Source: Fidelibacterota bacterium (lineage in GTDB: Bacteria > Fidelibacterota > Marinisomatia > Marinisomatales > TCS56). From it: DNA of 21,881 nt. Both the position numbers and the translations under genes were made by a program. The notes beneath the pieces were generated by a model. The model saw only the letters and a program-made list of their open reading frames with translations. It was not told the origin of the DNA and made no database searches. This document shows, piece by piece, positions 18,190 through 21,881 of this stretch. Positions within the stretch are counted from its first letter, which is position 1. The number at the start of each line of letters is the position of its first letter. The stretch spans positions 1 to 21,881 of the forward strand of contig JBDRBK010000198.1 of the NCBI GenBank assembly GCA_043822705.1, given 5' to 3'.

Positions 18190-19298
18190 GACTGCGCCCT
18201 TTCCCAGTTCAGGAAGCGTTCCATCTCGGCCTGTTGCCGCTTCAAATCGTCGGGCAGGTCCCGATAGTGATACTTGAACACGTCCTCCAGTTTGTATTCC
18301 GGTGATTTCTCATATTCGCTGAAGGCCTGGTCGATTTCCTGCTTGTAGCGGTTCACCAGTTCTTCGTCCTGTCCCGGCTCCCACAGTTTGCGGCCGATCA
18401 GGTGTTTGCCCAGCCGCAGCAGCGGATCACGCAGCCGCCATTTTTCCTCTTCTTCCGCCGTGCGGTACAGGCTGGGGTCATCGGAAGTGGTGTGGGCGCC
18501 GCTGCGGAAGGTGACCGCTTCCACCAGCACCGGACCCTGGCCGGAACGGGCGTGCTCGGCTGCTTCCGTCAAGGTACGGTACATGGCGAAATAGTCGTTG
18601 CCATCGACCTGGATGCCATCGATCCCATAGGCCGTGGCCTTGATCGCCAGCGATTTGGCCGCCGTCTGCTTGGCAACGGGCACAGAAATCGCGTACTGGT
18701 TATTCTGGATGATAAACACCACCGGCGATTTCCAGACCCCGCCCAGGTTCAGGGCTTCATGAAAATCGCCCTGGGAGGTGCCGCCGTCACCGACAAAAGC
18801 GAAAGCGACGCCGGTTTTTTTCAGGTAGTTCATGGCATAGCCGATGCCCACCGCATGAATCAGCTGCGAGGCGATCGGCACCGATGACGGTAAAAAGTTC
18901 GGCGCGCCGGAGAACAGCGAACCTTCCTCGTTGCCGCCCCAGTACAGGAAAATATCGTTGAGCGTGGCCCCTTTCAGCAGCCAGGCCGACAATTCCCGGA
19001 ATGCCGGCACCAGCCAGTCTTCCGGCCGCATCACGAACCCGGCGGCGGTGCCGATCGCTTCCTGGCCCAGGTTCGGCGGATAGGTGTACATGCGGCCCTG
19101 ACGCTGGTAGGATACCGCCTGCAGATCGACCGTGCGGGCATAATGCATGAATTTATAGGCATCCAGCAGCTGCTCGTCCGACAGATCCGGCAGCCAGTCG
19201 GGATTGACAATCCGGCCTTCGTCGTCCATAATCTGGAATTGTTTGAATTTCAGCGGACTGTATTCACTGAACAGTGATTTCTTCCTGGTTCCACTCAT
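18186..19298 (-). CDS. pdhA: 2-oxoacid dehydrogenase E1 alpha subunit
   Basis: ThDP motif GDGGTSQGDFHEALN...QNNQYAIS; HTTSDDP; ATGA overlap with the beta subunit gene. Confidence 0.92.
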   Translation of the reverse strand: MSGTRKKSLFSEYSPLKFKQFQIMDDEGRIVNPDWLPDLSDEQLLDAYKFMHYARTVDLQAVSYQRQGRMYTYPPNLGQEAIGTAAGFVMRPEDWLVPAFRELSAWLLKGATLNDIFLYWGGNEEGSLFSGAPNFLPSSVPIASQLIHAVGIGYAMNYLKKTGVAFAFVGDGGTSQGDFHEALNLGGVWKSPVVFIIQNNQYAISVPVAKQTAAKSLAIKATAYGIDGIQVDGNDYFAMYRTLTEAAEHARSGQGPVLVEAVTFRSGAHTTSDDPSLYRTAEEEEKWRLRDPLLRLGKHLIGRKLWEPGQDEELVNRYKQEIDQAFSEYEKSPEYKLEDVFKYHYRDLPDDLKRQQAEMERFLNWERAQS

Positions 19299-19770
19299 AG
19301 CTGTCCTTTGTAAAAGTATTTAATTATTAGATAGCTAAATCTTTGAATTGTTACAAACAGCGCTGTAAATAGCCTGATTTAATTCCGCCTTAATTGGTAC
19401 TAGATGAGAATGCCAGGCAATTGTCGACGTTAATAAATCAGATACTTTCTCAATTATGAAAATGAATGAATCAACCGGCAGGATTTGAAAAAGTGGTTTT
19501 ACGGTGGGTCTCATCCTTCCCTCACACTAAATTGTTGATTCCCCCCGATGGTATCATAAAGCAGCTGACGCCGACTCCGGCCAAACATCCGCCGGCTGGC
19601 GTAAAGGGTACTGTTAACTCAAGCTGGCACAGTTAGTTCCAAATTCAATTACATTCGGAATGATACCACAATAATCCTATTCAATAATTTTGATAATTGC
19701 AAGGATTGATCCTGCTATTCAATCCTCCCGGAATAAGCGACCGCTGCAGTGATTATGAAGTAAAGCCAAG

Positions 19771-20115
19771 CTAATTAATTATCAGTAATGCCTTCAATTT
19801 CAGCGAACACTCTTTTGTAACCGATTCAGGTACTCGATCAACAAATTGCGCTGTCCGGGCTTTCCAGTCCAGACTCTTAATTTGATCTGACAATATGACA
19901 CCGGAAATTTTCAATTTTTCCGGTATGACGACTTCAAACGGGTATCCCTTTTTATTACTTGTTATAGGACAAAATATCGCCAGACCAGTTTTGGAATTGT
20001 ACTGTTTTGGTGATAATACGATAGCTGGTCTATTTCCCATTTGTTCGTGCCCCGACTGTGGCGTAAAGTTCAACCAGACAATATCTCCTCGATCTGGTAT
20101 ATATGGCTGAACCAT
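19771..20115 (-). CDS. mazF: MazF/PemK endoribonuclease toxin
   Basis: YIPDRGDIVWLNFTPQSGHEQMGNRPAIVLSP, KGYPFEV, DQIKSLDW. Confidence 0.96.
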   Translation of the reverse strand: MVQPYIPDRGDIVWLNFTPQSGHEQMGNRPAIVLSPKQYNSKTGLAIFCPITSNKKGYPFEVVIPEKLKISGVILSDQIKSLDWKARTAQFVDRVPESVTKECSLKLKALLIIN

Positions 20116-20360
20116 TATAATGCTTCCTTACCTGCCGGTAATCCAAAATCTACTGCTTCATGCAAATTGTCTTCACATATTTCCGCCAGCAGCGCCGACA
20201 AACTGTATTCTTCTGATTCACTAATTGGTGATATTATCAAATGGTCGTTATCTAAAGTAAGATCGACAATACTATTATTTTCGATATGGGTTTCTTTGGC
20301 AAAGGCACCGGGGATCCTCAGAGCTAAACTATTGCCCCATTTTTGAATTTGAACTCTCAT
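20115..20360 (-). CDS. mazE: MazE (AbrB-fold) antitoxin
   Basis: IQKWGNSLALRIP; TAATG coupling to mazF. Confidence 0.95.
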   Translation of the reverse strand: MRVQIQKWGNSLALRIPGAFAKETHIENNSIVDLTLDNDHLIISPISESEEYSLSALLAEICEDNLHEAVDFGLPAGKEAL

Positions 20361-20375
20361 TTCATTATCTCCAAT

Positions 20376-20396
20376 TGTATATACATCGAAGATACA
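20376..20396. promoter_or_regulatory. Putative MazE autorepression operator (alternating palindrome)
   Basis: TGTAT-ATACA-TCGAAG-ATACA just upstream of the mazE RBS; one half-site can pair with either of two ATACA copies. Confidence 0.55.
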
Positions 20397-20561
20397 TTAT
20401 TACTTCATCAGTTCAAAGAGAATTTCGCTTTCCGATTTAACTCAACGGCCATTACTGCTACATCTCAGAAATCATTAAGGCCTGTTTCAGCGGTCTGAAA
20501 GTGATCGGATCTTTTGAATACGCCGTGTATTTTGCCTACGTCTTCCTCTGAAAACCCTGGC

Positions 20562-20910
20562 TTTTTTACCACAGAGTCGCAGAGACCGCTGAGGAATAAT
20601 TATAGTCATTCATAGTCATTGATGGTCATTGATTGTTGTGAAACCCTTCAACCCTTCAACCCATCAACCCTTCAACATTCCAGTTCTCCCATGCTCCCCA
20701 GCTCCTCATCACCTCCGCACGCCTGCCCCTCATCACCGCCGCTCTTCGTCTTTTCACCGCAGAGTGCGCAAAGAACGCAAAGAAGAATTGAAAATTGGAT
20801 AATGGAAATTGGAAATTGTAGATTGGAAATTATACAACTGCTCCTCATCTCCCATGCTCCCCTGCCCCTCATCACCTCAGCACCCCTGCACCTCATCACC
20901 GCCGCTCTTC
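20562..20910. repeat. Composite periodic repeat block 1 (9-, 10-, 8- and 7-nt unit arrays)
   Basis: 3x CGCAGAGAC-like (20569-20595), 3x NATRGTCATT (20601-20630), 4x AACCCWTC (20642-20673), 8x C-rich 8-mer (20681-20744), TTTTCACCGC core (20751), 7x AAATTGG-like (20785-20833), 9x C-rich 8-mer (20836-20907). Confidence 0.9.
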
Positions 20911-20916
20911 GCTCAT

Positions 20917-21093
20917 TCATTTCCGGTACATTCCGGCCAGGTAGGTCCGGCCGTAGCAGGCAGTCTCATCTTTGTTGATCACCCAGATGGCTTCACTGCC
21001 GCAATGGGGACAGGTCACGATCCCCTTGAACGGGTTGGGCAAGCCTTTCAGACGGTGATTGCAGTACTGGCAGCGGTTGATTTTCTTCTTCAC
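20917..21093 (-). CDS. Small zinc-ribbon protein, 58 aa (not in ORF track)
   Basis: MKKKINRCQYCNHRLKGLPNPFKGIVTCPHCGSEAIWVINKDETACYGRTYLAGMYRK*; two CxxC motifs; GTG start overlaps the upstream TGA; AAGGA upstream; GC-rich third codon positions. Confidence 0.7.
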   Translation of the reverse strand: MKKKINRCQYCNHRLKGLPNPFKGIVTCPHCGSEAIWVINKDETACYGRTYLAGMYRK

Positions 21094-21203
21094 AGCGGTT
21101 CCTTCAAATAGGCCTGTATACGGGGATAGCGTTTTCGGACAAGCTGTTGCAGGGCGGTGATGATTCCCAGCACCGACAGCAGCGTCAGCAATAATTCCAG
21201 CAT
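21090..21203 (-). CDS. Small membrane peptide, 37 aa
   Basis: MLELLLTLLSVLGIITALQQLVRKRYPRIQAYLKEPL*; TAAGG before ATG; translationally coupled to the zinc-ribbon gene. Confidence 0.5.
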   Translation of the reverse strand: MLELLLTLLSVLGIITALQQLVRKRYPRIQAYLKEPL

Positions 21204-21613
21204 CGCCTTAAGCCGATCCGGCCGGGGATAAAGTCCGGGATTGGTTGGACAGAATTTTCCGGCCGGCAGTCGTTGTCGCCGCGCCGGACCCACGACCGGC
21301 AGCCAGCAGACCCGCCGGTAAGATTCGGTAGCCGGTCCGCTGTGAAAGGCTGATTAAGATTTTCAGGATTTCCATCGTCTATCCGTTTCATTTGCATTCG
21401 TCAAATCCCGCTCGACTATAAATGTACAAACTCCGTACCAAATTCAGCGGCAGCGGAACCGGCTCAATCGGACTAAGCGTATGTTAATAATTATAAGTGT
21501 GATTGATCCACAGGCATTATTTACGGAATCCGTTCGCAGGGAATACGATCAGACAATATTTAAGCAGCTTTGGCAGGCCGTGTTGCAGGAATTGCCGCTG
21601 GTTGGTACTATAT

Positions 21614-21881
21614 TTTTCACCGCCGAGGGCGAAAAGAACGCAAAGAAGAATTGGAAATTGGTAATTGCCCCCCTGCTCCTCGGCTCCCCAGCACCTCATC
21701 TCCTCAGCACCTCCGCTCTTGGCATTTTCACCGCCGATGACGCAAAGAACGCGAAGAATTGGAGATTGGAGATTACACCCAAGCCCCTCTGCTCCTCATC
21801 TCCCCGGCTCCCCTGCTCCCCAGCACCTCATCACCCCCGCACCTCCGCTCTTCACCTTTTCACCGCAAAGTGCGCAAAGAA
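21614..21881. repeat. Composite periodic repeat block 2 (runs off the window end)
   Basis: TTTTCACCGC cores at 21614, 21725 and 21857, each followed by GCAAAGAA-type 9-mers; the first two continue into ARATTGG 7-mers and then 6 and 8 C-rich 8-mers ending CTCCGCTCTT. Confidence 0.9.

Noticed and set aside
17026..18267. 413-aa + strand ORF and the other long antisense ORFs over pdh, lpdA and leuS
   Set aside because: Shadow frames of GC-rich genes that are well supported on the opposite strand.
19299..19770. Riboswitch or ncRNA upstream of pdhA
   Set aside because: Only short palindromes (ACAGCGCTGT; AGGATTGA/TCAATCCT at 19702-19726) and an imperfect GC-rich stem; no aptamer consensus recognised. 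An Rfam scan would settle it.
20619..21111. ORF-track entries 20619-20978, 20672-20920 and 20809-21111
   Set aside because: Translations of low-complexity repeats, or antisense to the zinc-ribbon gene.
21185..21397. 70-aa minus-strand ORF upstream of the membrane peptide
   Set aside because: No recognisable motif and a weak RBS; it could be real but is unsupported.
20681..21881. CRISPR array
   Set aside because: The cores are degenerate, the intervening sequences are themselves periodic and similar to each other, spacing is irregular, and no cas operon is present.

Overview
Bacterial chromosomal window in three parts. (1) 1-8660 is the right end of an integrated, more AT-rich element (prophage/ICE-like; no integrase or structural genes in view). 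It carries a Fic protein, an ArsR regulator, a stand-alone 185-aa family X DNA polymerase with the minimal architecture of African swine fever virus Pol X, a DUF2958-like protein, RadC/JAB, HTH regulators, a Cas4/AddB-like PD-(D/E)XK nuclease and an excisionase-like gene. It ends in the displaced 3' half of tRNA-Arg(CCG), an att site. (2) 8763-19298 is host backbone: cutA, an RCK-gated K+ channel, a dif-like XerCD site where gene orientation flips, leuS, a trypsin-like lipoprotein and a 2-oxoacid dehydrogenase operon (E1a-E1b-E2-E3-lipoate ligase) whose E3 has lost its NAD-binding fingerprint. (3) 19771-end has mazEF, then modular 7/8/9/10-nt periodic repeats enclosing two unannotated small genes, one a zinc ribbon. 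All family calls come from recognising motifs by eye; no searches were run.
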